Shown one piece after another: positions 44,041-60,097 of a stretch of 64,000 nt of DNA. The DNA is from the human T2T-CHM13v2.0 reference genome, Homo sapiens. The notes beneath the pieces were generated by a model. It did not search any database, was not told the DNA's origin, and saw only the letters and a program-made list of their open reading frames with translations. Each line of letters opens with the position of its first letter. Position 1 is the stretch's first letter. The position numbers and the translations under genes are program-made. Location: the NCBI RefSeq assembly GCF_009914755.1, contig NC_060930.1; one strand, given 5' to 3'.

Positions 44041-46160
44041 ATTTTTAAATTAAACTACTTTTGGAGATAATAGTAAATTTAAATAAAATTTAGAGAAATT
44101 ATAAAGAGAGTGTCTATGTACCCTTTACTTCATTTCCCTTAATTGTAGTATCTTGTAAAACTATAGTATAATATATCATGAGTCCCCAACCCCAGGGCAA
44201 TAAACCAGTACCAGTCTACAGCCTGTTAGGAACTGGGCCATGCAGCAGGAGGTGAGCAGTGTGTGAATGAGCATTACCACTTGAGTTCCAACTCCTGTCA
44301 AATCAACAGCAGCATTAGATTCTCACAGGAGCATGAACCCTATTGTGAACTGTGTATGCGAGGGATCTAGGTTGTGGCTACTTAGGAGATTCTAATGCCT
44401 GATGATCTGAGGTGGAACAGTTTCATCCTGAAACTGCCCCCCACACCACCCCATCCATGGAAAAATTTTCTTCCATGAAACTGGTCCCTGGTGCCAAAAG
44501 GTTGGGGACCACTGAAATATATCACAACCAGGATATTAACACTGATACAGTCAAGACACATAATAGTCCCATCACTAGAAGGAGTCCTGGTGTTGCCTTT
44601 TTTATAGCTACAACCACCACACTCCCCTACCTAGTTTTGAATCCCTCGCAACCACTGTCATATTTTGCATTTCTATAATTTTGGAATATTGAGAATTTTA
44701 CATATATGAAATCATACGGCATGTATCCTTTTGGAGTTGACTTTTATTTTACTCAACCTAATTACCTGGAGATTCATCTAAGGCATCTCACATATCAATA
44801 GTTTGCTTCTTTTTATTACTGAGAAGTATATAATAGTATGAATGTACTTCAGTTTCTTTAACAAGTCAGCTATTGAAGGACTTCTGCTTTATTTTCAGTT
44901 TTTGTCTATTATGAATAAAAGTGCTATGAGCATTTGTGTGTGTTTTTGTGTAAGCACAGTTTTTCCTTTATTTGGAATAAATGCCAAAGAGTTCTGTTGC
45001 TGGGATGTATGGTAGTTGCAAATTTAATTTTTTAAGAAACTTCCAAAATGTTTTTCAGACTGTCTGTACCATTTTACATTCCCACCAGCAATATATAAGT
45101 GCTCCAGTTTCTCTACATCTTTGCCATTTGTTGATGTCACAATTTTTCTTATTTTAGCATTCTGATAGATATGTAGTGATATCTTATTGTGATTTTAATT
45201 TGCACTTCTCTAATGTATAATGATGAAAATCTCTTCATGTGTTATTTACCATCTGCATATCCTCTTTGATAAAATGTCTATTAATATCTTTTGTCCATAT
45301 TCTACTTGAATTGTTTATTTTATACTGTTGAATTCTGAGAGTTCTTTATTATTCTAGATACTAGACCTTTGACAGATATGCAATTTGCATATATTTTCTC
45401 CCAATCTGCAGCTTGTCTTTTTATCCTTAACGAGGTATTTCACAAAGCAAAAGTTTTAAAATTTGATGTCTAATTTGTCAATTTTTTTAATGCATCAAGC
45501 TTTGGTAAGTTTAAGAACTACTTGTCTATTTCTAGATTCCACATATATTCTACTTTTAAAAATAAGTTTTGAAGTTTTATGTTTAAACTTTAAGTCTGAG
45601 TTAATTTTTGTATAACATGTGAGGTCTAGGTTGAGGTCCATTTTTTCCCCTATGAATGTCCAATTGCTCCAGCACCATTTGTTGAAAAGACTATTCTTTT
45701 TTCATTGAATTGGTTTTGCACCATTGTCAAAAATCAGTTGGACATATTTGTGTAGTACTATTTCTGTCCTCTCTATTCTGTTCCATTGATGTATGTGTCT
45801 ATCCCTTTTTCAATACCACATTGTCTTGATTACTATGCTATATAGTAGGCTTTAATAATGGTTACAGTCATTCCTATCATTTTCTTCTTCTTCTTTAAAG
45901 GCTGTTTTAGCTATTATAGGGCTTGTATCTTTGCATATAAACTTTGGAATTAGCTTGTCTGTCTCCCAGAAAGCTTGCTGGAATTTTGAGAGGAATTGTA
46001 TTAAACTGATAGATCAATTTGGGTAAAATGAACATTTTCCCTATGTGAGTTTTCCAATTTATGACAGTGATATATCTTTCTATTAATTCACGTTTGATTT
46101 CCTTTAGTGGCATTTAAAAATTTTAAATATATAAATCCTACACATATTTTGTAAAACCTA
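44041..46160 (-). mobile_element. L1MC (MC1/MC2-like) 3' portion interrupted by MER1B
   Basis: aaaactatagtataata...tcacaaccaggatattaacactgatacagtcaagacac 3'UTR; ORF2 remnant MFILPKLIYQFNTIPLKIP. Confidence 0.82.
44177..44514 (+). mobile_element. MER1B (hAT-Charlie) element
   Basis: catgagtccccaacc...ggttggggaccactg TIRs; 8-bp TSD taatatat/aaatatat. Confidence 0.92.
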
Positions 46161-46674
46161 CATATATAATTTTCTTTGAAGTTATTTTGAATTTATATAT
46201 TTTTAATATAAACTTTAAAATCCATGTTTATACTTTTAGAAATTAAAAGACCTGTTTGGATTGTGATAATTTATATGTTAAATTTTGGAGAATTTTCATG
46301 ATATCGAGTCATCTTATTCAAGCACTTTATTCAAGACTTTTAGGTTTGCTTTCCTGTTTTCTAAGAATGTTTAAACATTTTCTTTACATAATTTTAGAAT
46401 AATTACTGCTAATTATATGAAATATTTTTTGCTATTTTTGTAAATGGTGTTTACCCTTCACTCATATCTTCCAACTTGTTATTGTTTCTGTATGTAAAGA
46501 CGATTGGTCTCTTGTAGTTGGATGCCACTAGCATACTAATTTCCTGAATTTTGGTATTGTTTTTCATCATTTTAAATAAAAAGTCTTGGGTTTTCTACAT
46601 ATACATTTATACCATCTACAATTTTTACACCACTAACGGTTATCATTTGCCTGATTGCACTGGCCTTTCCTTTC

Positions 46675-49123
<2,449 letters not shown>

Positions 49124-49456
49124 TTATAAAAGATCTCAGTTGGAATGCCAATTGAGTTTATTCATTAAGCAAGAGGTCGGCTTTAAGAATGAAGAATAGA
49201 TTTACTTTTTTTTTTAACTTTTATTTTAGGTCCAAGGGTACATGTGCAAGTTTGTTATATGGGTAAACTCATGTCACAGGGATTTGTTGTAGAGATTATT
49301 TCATTACCTAGGTATTAAGCCTAGTATATATTAGTTGTCTTTCCTGATATTCTCCCTCCTCCTACCCTCTTCCCTCCACTGTGCTTCAGTGTCTTTTGTT
49401 CTCCTTTACATATCCATGTGTTCTCATCATTTAGCTCCCACTTATAAGTGAGAACA

Positions 49457-52400
49457 GATTAGTAGGGGATCATGGTGGACGGGAGGCAGGGCTAAATTGC
49501 AGCTCCCACTTGGATAGATGGAACAGCATGTGAAGGCTCGCATTGTGAACTTTTGCTGCAGAACAACTTCAGGAGTACATGAGGAAAGTCAAGAGAACCC
49601 ATAGACCCTCTGAAGGAAGTGGATTGCTCCTGCAGAATCTGGGAGACACCCCAAATACTGTGAGTGCCCAAACTGTGGAAATGAGAAAGGGAGATCGTCT
49701 GCCCCTGAACACACACCCCCACTGGGGAACCTGAAGGTTTGGATTATGGGAGAAGATTCTGACCTTACCTGGAGCTGAGTTAATTTAGAGAGCCAAGCAA
49801 AATACAGGTGTAGAGGAAGCAGTGGGAAAATCCCTGTGGACTCACTGGCTCCTCTACTAAGCCATTTCTGCCTCACCTGACAGGGTTCCTTGAGGAGGGC
49901 TGCCAGAGGCACTGGGAAAAGGCCACAGGGAGAAGGAAACTTTCAGCCAAACTTTGTAACAATTTGAACCAATTGAGAAGTCTCCTGGCCAGAAATCGGG
50001 GAAGGGTGTGAATCCAGTGTGCTGACTCCACAGGCAGGGGGAAGAAGGAAAGCTCTGCTTATTTTCACAGCTGGAGGGGAGTAGCCTGGGGCAAGTTCAC
50101 AGCCCTACTCACCCACTTCCTGGAAAGAGACTTGGTGCTGTTGGAGGGGGCATGATGGGAGGGAGACTGGCCCTTTGGGTTGCATGGGAGTTGGGTGAGG
50201 CCTGTGACTGCCGGCTTTCCCCGACTTTCCTCACAACCTGCATGACACAGCAAAAGCAGCCATAATCCTCCTAGGAATATAACTCCATTGACTTGAAAGC
50301 CTAACCCCAGTCCCCCACAGCAGCCACAACAAGACCTGCTCAAGGGCAGTCTGAGCTCACACATGCCTAGCCCTGCCCCTACCTAATGGTTCTTCTTTAC
50401 CTACCCTGGTAAATGTAGACAAAGGGCATATACTCTTGGGAGCTCTGGGGCCCACCCACTGCCTGTTTCTCCCCACACTACCACAGCTGATGTTCTCTTG
50501 AAAGCGCCACTCCCCAGCAGGAGGCCAAACAGCAGAAAAATAGTGCATTAATCAATCAAAGCTAAAGACCCTCATAGAGTCAATTTCACCCCCCTGCCAT
50601 TTCCACCAGAGCAGGTGCTGGTATCCATAGCTGATAGTTCACATAGCTGGTATCAACAGATAGTTCACATCATAGGACTCTGAGCAGACAATCCCCAGGA
50701 CCAACCCAGAGCCTTGTAGACTTGCTGGGTGGCTAGATACTGAAAAGAGATAACAATCTCTATAGCCTGGCTCTCAGGAAGGCATATCCCTAGGAAAAGG
50801 GGGTGAGTACTACATCAAGGAAACATCCAGTGGGACAAAAAGAACTAAACAGCAGCCTTAAGCCCTAAACCTTTGACATAGCCTACGCAAATGAGAAGAA
50901 ACCAGAAAACCAACTCTGGTAATATGATGAATCAAGGTTCTTTAACACCCCCCAAAAATCACACTAGCTCTCCAACAATGGATCGAAACCAAGAAGAAAT
51001 CCCTGATCTACCTGAAAAATAATTCAGAAGGCTAGTTACTAAGCTAACCAGGGAGGCATCAGAGAAAGGCAAAACTCAATGTAAGGAAATAAAAAAAAAA
51101 TGACACAAGTAGTGAAAGGAGAAATATTCAATGAAATAGATAGCATAAAGAAAAAACAATCAAAACTTCAAAAAACAATGGATGAACATATGGAAATGCA
51201 AAGTGCTCTGGAAAGTCTCAGCAATAGAATCAAACAAGCAGAAGAAAGAAATTCAGATCTCAAAGACAAGGTTTTTGAATTAACCCATCCAACAAAGACA
51301 AAGAAAAAAGATTAAGAAAATACGAACAAAGCCTCCAAGAAGTCTGGGATTATGTTAAATGACCAAACCTAAGAATAATCGGCATTCCTGAGGAAGAAGA
51401 GAAATCTAAAAGTCTGGAAAATATGTTTGGGGGAATAATCGAAGAAAACTTTCCTGGCCTTGCTAGAGACATAGCCAAATACAAGAAGCTCAAAGAACAC
51501 CTGAGAAATTCATCACAAAAAGATCATCACTTAAGCACATCGTCATCAGGTTATCTAAAGTCAAGATGAAGGAAAGAATCTTAAGAGCTGTGAGGCAAAA
51601 AATCCAGGTAACCTATAAAGGAAAACCTGTCGGATTAACAGCAGATTTCTCAGCAGAAACCCTATAAGCTAGAAGCAACTGGGGCCCTACTTCAGCCTCC
51701 TCAAACAAAGCAATTATCAGCCAAGAATTTTGCACCCAGTGAAACTAAGCTTCATAAGTGAAGAAAATATACAGTCTTTTTCAGACAAACACTGAGAGAA
51801 TTTGCCACTACTAAGCCAGCAGTACACGAATTGCTAAAAGGAGCTCTAAATCTTGAAAAAAATTGTGAAAACACATCAAAACAGAACCTCTTTAAAGCAT
51901 AAGTCTCACAGGACCTACAAAACAGAAATACAATTAAAAAACAAAAACAGAAAACCAAGATATACAGGCAACAAATAGCACAGTGAATGGAGTGGTACCT
52001 CACACCTTAATACTAATGTTGAATGTAAATGGCATAAATGCCCCACTTAAAAGATACAGAATTGCAGAATGGATAAGACTTTACTATACAATTATCTCTT
52101 CCCTTCCAGAGACTTACATAAACTTAAGGTAAAGGGATGGAAAAAGACATTCCATGCAAATGGACACTAAAAGCTAGCAGGGGTAGCTATTCTTATATCA
52201 GATAAAACAAACTTTAAAGCAACAGGAGTTAAAAAAGACAAAGAGGGTCATTACATAATGATAAAATGCCTTGTCCAAGAGGAAAATATCACAATACTAA
52301 GTATATATGCACCTAACACTGGAGCTCCCCAAATTATAAAACAATTACTACTAGATACAAGAAATGAAATAGACAGCAACACAATAATAGTGGGGGGCTT

Positions 52401-53304
52401 CAATACTCCACTGACAGCACTAGACAGGTCATCAAGACAGAAAGTCAACAAAGAAACAGTGGACTTAAACTTTACCCTAGAATGAATAATTTAACAGATA
52501 TTTACAGAACATTTTACCCAGCAACTTCAGAACACACACTCTATTCATCAGCACATGGAACATTCTCCAAGATAGACCATATGATAGGCCACAAAATGAG
52601 CCTCAATAAATTCAAGAAAATTGAAATTATATCAAACATGCTCTCAGACCACAGTGGAATAAAACTGGAAATCAACTCCAAAAAGAAATTTCAAAACCAT
52701 GAAAATACATGGAAATTAAATAACCTGTTTCTGAATGATCATTGGGTCAACAATGAAATCAAGATGGAAATTAAAAAATCTTCAAACTGAATGACAATAG
52801 TGACATAACTTATCAAAACCTCTGGCATACAGCAAAGGTGATGCGAGGAAGAAAGTTTATAGCCCTAAACACCTACATCAAAAAGTCTGAAAGAGCGCAA
52901 ACAGACGATCTAAGGTCACACTTCAAGGAACTAGAGAAACAAGAACAAACCAAACCCAAACCCAGCAAAAGAAAGGAAGTAAACAAGATAAGAGCAGAAC
53001 TAAGTGAAATTGAAATTAAAAAAAATACAAAAGATAAATGGAACAAAAATCTGATTCTTTGAAAAGATTGATAAAATTGATAGACCATTAGCAAGATTAA
53101 CTAAGAAAAGAAGAAAGAAAATCCAAATAAGCTCAGTTAGAAATGATACAGGAGATATTACAGCTGACACCACTGAAATACAAAAGATCATTCAAGGCTA
53201 CTATGAACACTTTTATGCACATAAACTAGAACATCTAGAGGAGGTGGATAAATTCCTGGAAATATATAATCTTCCTAGCTTGAGTCAGGAAGAATTAGAT
53301 ACAC
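49457..53304 (+). mobile_element. L1PB with 5'UTR, ORF1 and ORF2 endonuclease region; 3' half and poly(A) absent
   Basis: ORF1 ATG at 50891; EN motifs SIYAPNTGAP, IVGGFNTPL, FSKIDH, SDHSGIK; stops at gaagaattagatacac. Confidence 0.93.
50891..51902 (+). pseudogene. L1PB ORF1 remnant
   Basis: atgagaagaaaccag start; coiled-coil fragment MEMQSALESLSNRIKQAEERNSDLKDK; multiple stops and frameshifts. Confidence 0.85.
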
Positions 53305-54066
53305 TATAAAGGAGAATATGCAGTATTTGGTTTTCTGTTTCTGTGTTAGTTTGCTAAGGATAATGGCCTCCAGCTCCCTCCATGTTCCTGCAAAGGACAT
53401 GATCTCGCTCCTTTTTATGGCTGCATGTATTCCATGGTGTATATGTTCCAAATTTTCTTTATCCAGTCTACCATTCTTGGGCATTTAGGTTGATTCCATG
53501 TCTTTGCTATTGTGAATAGTGCTGCAGTAAACATATGCATGCGTGTGTCTTTAAGTTAGAACAATTTTTATTCCTTAGGGCATATACTTAGTAATGGGAT
53601 TGCTGGGTTGAATGGTAATTCTGTATTATGTTCTTTGAGAAATCTCCACCTGTTTTCACAGTGTCTGAACTAATTTGCATTTCCACCAACAGTGTATAAT
53701 CCTTTTTCTGTACAACCAGTGGCACCTGTTATTTTTTGGCTTTTTATTAATAGCCATTCTGACTGGTGTGAGATGGTATCTTATGGTGGTTTTGATTTGC
53801 GTTTCTCTAATGATAAGTGATGTTGAGCTTTTTCTGTATGCTTGTCGGCTGCATGTATGTCTGAAGCATAGGTATTTTATGATGCTAAGGAAATATGCAC
53901 AATTTTCTGTTTGAATGGGCGTGTTTTTAGTTTTTTTCCACTTTATTGCAGTATAGTTGACAGTTAAAAATTGTATATTTAAGTTGTACAACTTGATAAT
54001 TTGATATATGTATACATTGTGAAATATTTACCACAATCAAGCTAACTAATATATCCATCACCTCAA

Positions 54067-54757
<691 letters not shown>

Positions 54758-57093
54758 CTCACATAGTTACCATTTTTTGTATGTGGTAAGAATATTTAAG
54801 ATCAATCCTCATCAAATTTCAAGCATACATTAAAATATTGTTAACTATAGTCACAGCGTTGTGCATTAGATCTCCAAGACTCATTTACCTTGCATAACTT
54901 AAATTTTGAATCCCTTGACCAATATCTCCCCACACATTCTTTTCCTTATACCACGGTAACCACTATCACAGTCTCTGTTTCTATGACTTTGACATTTTTA
55001 GATTCCTCAGGCAAATGAAATCATACAGCATTTGTCTTTCTACATCCGGCTTATATCACTTAGCATGATGCCTTCCAAATTCATCCATGTTGTCACAGAT
55101 TTCCTCCCTTAAGGCTGAATAATATTTTGCTGTATATGTGTATACAACATTTCCTTTATTGATTGACCCATCAACAAACATTTAGGTTGTTTCCATGTCT
55201 TGGTTGTTGCCAATAATGTTGAAATGAGCATAGGATTGCAGTTATCTCTGCAAGATACTGATTTTATTTTCTTTGACTACATACCAAGAAGTGGGATTGC
55301 TAAAAATAAAGCAGTTTATATTTAATTTTTTCAGGAGTCTCTATACTGTTTTCCATAATGATTATGCCAATTTACATCCCCACCAACAGTGTGCAAGGGA
55401 TCCCTTTTCTCCACATCCTGATCAACACTTGTCATCTTTTGTAATTTTGATATAGCCACTGTAACAGGTGTGAGGTAATGTATCATTGTGGTTTTGATTT
55501 TCATTTTCCTACTGATAGTTATTTTGAGCAAATTTCCATATATTACATTTTTAGCCATTTATAAGTCTTCCTTAGATAAATGCCTATTCAGATCCTTTCC
55601 CTATTTTTAAGTTGTGTTATTTGGTTGTTTTGCTATTGAGTTTCTGACTTCCATAAATACTTAAGATATTATCCCCTTATCAGCTATATGGTTTGCCAAC
55701 ATTTTCTTCCATTCTATAGGGTGATTTTCACTCTGCTGTTTTCCTTGTTGTGCAGAAGCTTTTTAGTCTGATGTAATCTCATTTTTCTATTTTTACGTTT
55801 GTTACATATGCTCTTGGGGTCATATCCAAAAGATCATTATCAAAACCAATATCAATAAGCTTTTATCCTATGTTTTTTTCTAATTATTTTATTGTTTCAG
55901 AACATATGTTTAAGTCTTTAATCCATTTGAGTTGATTTTTATATAGGGTGTAAGATAAAGCTCCAATTTCTTTCTTCTATATGTGAATGTCTAGTTTCCC
56001 CAACATCATTCATTGATGAGACAATTCTTTCCTCGTGGTGTTTTCTTATCACTTTTGTTCTAGATCAGTTGACCACAGATGTGTGGATTTATTTCTGGGG
56101 TCTCTTCTGTCCCATTGACCTATGTGTCTGTTTTTATGCCAGTAACATATTGTTTTGAGCACTGTAGCTTTGTAATACATTTTGAAACCGGGGAATATGA
56201 TGTCTCCAGATTTGTTCTTCTTGTTCAATATTGCTTTGGCTATTCAAAGTCTTTTACACATACATTTAAACATTGTTTTCTCTATAACTTAGGATGTCTT
56301 TCTGTTTAGCTATGTCTTTTTAAATTTACCTCATCAATATTGCATAATTTTCAGCATACAAGTCTTTCCCCTCTTAGGTTGAGTTTTTCATAAGTATTTT
56401 ATTATTTTTGTTGCTATTGTAAATGAGATTTTCTTGATTTCCTTTTTAGATAGTTTGTTGTTTATAGAAGGTAATGTATTTTTGTATGTTGATTTGGTAT
56501 TTTGTAATTTTATTGAATGCGTTTAGTATTTCTAACAGATTTTTGTTGTGAATTTATAATTTTCTATGTGTATCATCATTTCATCTGCAAAGAGAGATAA
56601 TTTTACTTCAGTTTTTTTCCAGATTTGGATGCTTTTTTTTTTCTTGTCCAATTACCCTGGCTAGGACTTCTAGTGCTATGTTGAAAGAAAATGGCAAAGT
56701 GGGCACCTTTATCTTGTGTTAGACCTTAGAGGGATAGGTTTCAGTGGTTCTTCACTGATTATTATGTTAGCTGTGGGGTTTTCATATATGGCCTTAATTG
56801 TGGCTAGGTAAGTTCTTTATGTACCAATTTTGTTGAGAGTTTTAATCATGAATGGATAGTGAATTTTGTCAAATACTTCCTGTGTCTCTTGAGATGATCA
56901 TGAGTTTTCTCTTTTATTTTGTAATGTGTTGTATCACATTGATTGATTTACATGTGTTGAAACATTCTTGCATCCCAGGGATAAATCCCATTTTGTCATG
57001 GTATATGAACCTTTTAATGTACTGTTAAAATAAGTTTTCTAGTATTTCAGTGAGAATTCTTACATCTATGTTCATCATGAATATTGACCTTAA

Positions 57094-57140
57094 ACCAGGA
57101 GATAGAGATGAAGACCAAATATATATTTTACAATATCACA
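57094..57140 (-). mobile_element. 5'-terminal ~47 bp of a MER21-family LTR
   Basis: Reverse complement reads tgtgatattgtaaaatatatatttggtcttcatctctatctcctgg, matching the MER21 LTR start as I recall it. Confidence 0.6.
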
Positions 57141-57959
57141 GTTTCTATCTCTGTTGAACTTCTCATTTTGTTCATGTATTGTTTTTCTGATTTTTGGTTT
57201 AGTTGTCTATCCGTTTCTCTTATATTTCACCAAGCTTTAAAATAATGATAATTTTGAATTCTTTTTCAAGCTAATCTAAAATGTCAATTTCTTTGGGTTG
57301 GTTACTTGAAAATCACTGTGTTCCTTTGGTGGTGTCATGTTTTCTTGATTGTGTGTATGTGTATTTGTAGGCTTGTGTTGATGATTGTGGATTTGTGGGA
57401 GCAGCTGGCCCTTCCAACCTTTGTGAATTATTTTGGTGGAGAAAGTCCTTTACCTATGGGCAGGGGCAAGGGTGTCACCTGGGTAGGGTGCAGCTGGTCC
57501 AGCTCTGGTGAGAGTCAGTGATACAGTCTATATGTAGCTTTGTCAGTTGAGGCCAGCATTGGTGACGACTTCAGAGATTTTCAGTGGCCAAGGCAGCAGG
57601 AGTCTGCCTGCTGTGGTGAGGGTATTCATTCTATTCCTAGAGCACAATGGTTTTGGGTCCAACTAAAAGTCTTAGTGTTTACCAAGGTCCTTTTTTCTTT
57701 TCTATTCTAAAAGTTCACAATTTTCTACTCCAACTCTATGTATCTACCAAAAAACTTTGTTCAGTTTCTTAGCTTTCAGTTATCACTGTTGGAATTTGCA
57801 ATTACTTTGAATGAAAAGTAGTTCCAAAAGTCATAGCCATATTTCTCTCTCTAGAGTTTTCTTTGTCCTATATTGTGAACCTACAAATATTTTCTTCTTT
57901 AGAAACTCCATAATAAATTTTTTGTTCTTCCCTATGGGTCTAACTTGGTTCTTAAATTG

Positions 57960-58430
57960 ATTTCTAGCATGATTTTTTTTTATCTCCCTTAATAATAACC
58001 TCTGCAACTTTTTTTTGCTGGATTTTTGCAGTTATTAAGCACTTTATGTTCCTTTTAGTCTGAGTATGTCTCTATTTCATCCTTATTCTTGAAGGATTGT
58101 TTTCTTTGGTCTTCTGCATTTTATGAATATGTGTGTACGTAAGGGTTTCTTCTGTTTGTTCGGTTTCCCATTGATTGTAACTCTTGAATATATGGACTCA
58201 TATATTTTATCCATTTTGTTGAAATTCTCAAAAAATGTCTATTTGAACATTACTTTTTCTCCATTTTCTCTAGTCTTTCCTTATTGAAATCCAATTAGAT
58301 GTATGTTAAACCATCTTACTTTATCTTTTGTTTCTTATCTCTTTTTCATAATTTCCTTCTTTTAGTTTCTACACTATTATTATCCTTGATTGCCTCCCTC
58401 TTCTGGAGCTCTCTCTTTAGCTGTGCTAAT
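57960..58430 (-). mobile_element. Old L1M(E) ORF1-region relic
   Basis: tctatttcatccttattcttgaaggat...ccattttctct...ccaattagatgtatgttaaacc. Confidence 0.55.
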
Positions 58431-58512
58431 CAAAGTCAGTAGAATATCCCAGTGAAGAGTGGCCTATGTACGCAGATCACTGAGGTTTTCATTTTCATTC
58501 CATTATCTAGTA

Positions 58513-58728
58513 CAAGCTTGTCAAACCTGCAGCCTGTAGGTGGCATGTGGATAGCTATGAATGCAGCCTAACACAAATTCATAAACTTTCTTAAGATAGC
58601 ACGAGATTTTTTTTTGCATTTTTTTAGCTCATCAGGTATTGTTAGTGTTAGTCTATTTCATATGTGGCCCAAGACAATTCTTCTTTTTCCAACGTGGTCC
58701 AGGGAAGCCAAAACATTGGACATCCCCA
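58513..58728 (-). mobile_element. MER30 (hAT-Charlie) inserted in a MIR
   Basis: caagcttgtc...gtggcccaagacaattcttc...ccagggaagccaaaacattggaca; TSD atctagta/acctagta. Confidence 0.9.
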
Positions 58729-58736
58729 ACCTAGTA

Positions 58737-58920
58737 CTTTTATAATTTAGGCAAGTTTCTTAATCTCTTGTCCCATTTTCTTTATATGTCAAATGACAAT
58801 AATAATACATACATGCATACTTCATGGGTTGATATAAGCATTAATTTTTAAAATCAATGTAAAGTTCTTAGAAGTGTGTCTGGCACATAGTCAATCTTCC
58901 TTAAGTGTTAGCTATTGTAA
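58737..58920 (+). mobile_element. MIR SINE (5' part at about 58440-58512)
   Basis: ggcaagtttcttaatctc...tgtaaagttcttagaagtgtgtctggcacatagt...gttagctatt. Confidence 0.8.
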
Positions 58921-59623
58921 TGGTAGACTAATTTGCTACTTACCATCTCCATTTACTTTTAAATTGCAAAGATTACACTTTGTTTTTAAAATTTCTATGA
59001 CTTTAAAAATACATCTTCATCATTTTTATAGCTGCTTTTTTTCTGATGACTTTGATTCTTCTTTTTTTAGCCATATTAAACATATTTTTATTTTCGATCC
59101 AGAAATTCTAATTTAATAAGGCCCCATCATAAAAATATGAGTAGTGTTAAAAAATTCTATAATGAAAAGTGTGAGTTTGTGCTACTACAAAACAAACAGA
59201 ATGATTGGATTGAATCATTGTAACTAGCTCACAATGTTTGTCTTGGGATCCAATCACCAATATCTTTAAGTAGGAAATTACACTATTTTGGAAACATTTG
59301 GAGGGATTTTACTATACTGAAATCTTTATGAGTCTGATTTTATTGTTTTTTTTTCCTGTAAATGTTTGTTTATAATGTGGTTTACTTGTGCGCTTGTATT
59401 TTTTCTTCAGAGGCAATTTTCATTCATGTTTTTTTCCTCCCCTGTGGGTCTTAGAAAAAGGGTACATTCTCTCAGAGAGGATTTGTATTTACTTTGGTCA
59501 ATATCTAAATGTCCTACCTTGTGATAATTCTAAATTAAGTTTTGGCTTAAATTTTTTCAGATCCTAAATCAGATAAGTATCAGTTTATAATTATGAATTT
59601 TTAGAATATATATTTTAGTTCTC

Positions 59624-60097
59624 CGTCGAGACTGGAAATGGTCCCCCAAAGATATTCACATCCTAACCACTGTAACATAAATGCAACCTTGCTGGGGAAA
59701 GGAATTTGCAAATGTGATTAAGGATTTTGAGTTGAGGAGATTCTCATGGATTATGGAGCTAGCCCTAAATGAAATATACATATCCTTTTAAAATGAAAAT
59801 AGAGGGAGATATAAAATAGACAGTAGAGAAGAAGGCAATGTGACCACAGAGGCAGAGATTGAAGTGATGCAGCCACAAGCCATGGAACACTAGAAGCCAA
59901 CAGAAGCTGAAGGAAGCAAGGAATGGATTCTCTCTTAAGGCCTCTGAAGGTAACGCAGTCCTGTTGACCCCTTGATTTTTGGCACAGTGATACTAATTTC
60001 AGATTTTTAGCATCCATAATATGAGCAAATAATTTCTGTTGTTTTAAACTGCCTAGTGTGTGGTAATTTTTACGGCCGCCATAAGAAACTGAGATAC
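59624..60097 (+). mobile_element. MLT1C-like MaLR solo LTR
   Basis: ccccaaagatattcacatcctaa...gaaggcaatgtgaccacagaggcagagattg...aatttctgttgttttaa...gtggtaattt. Confidence 0.85.

Larger units (their letters stand above)
49203..53861 (-). mobile_element. Older L1PA (about PA13-PA16) 3' fragment in two parts (49203-49456 and 53305-53861), split by an L1PB
   Basis: 3'UTR ...cccacttataagtgagaaca resumes as gagaatatgcagtatttgg; probable TSD tgaagaatagattt (49190-49203) and tgaagcataggtat (53862-53875). Confidence 0.85.
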
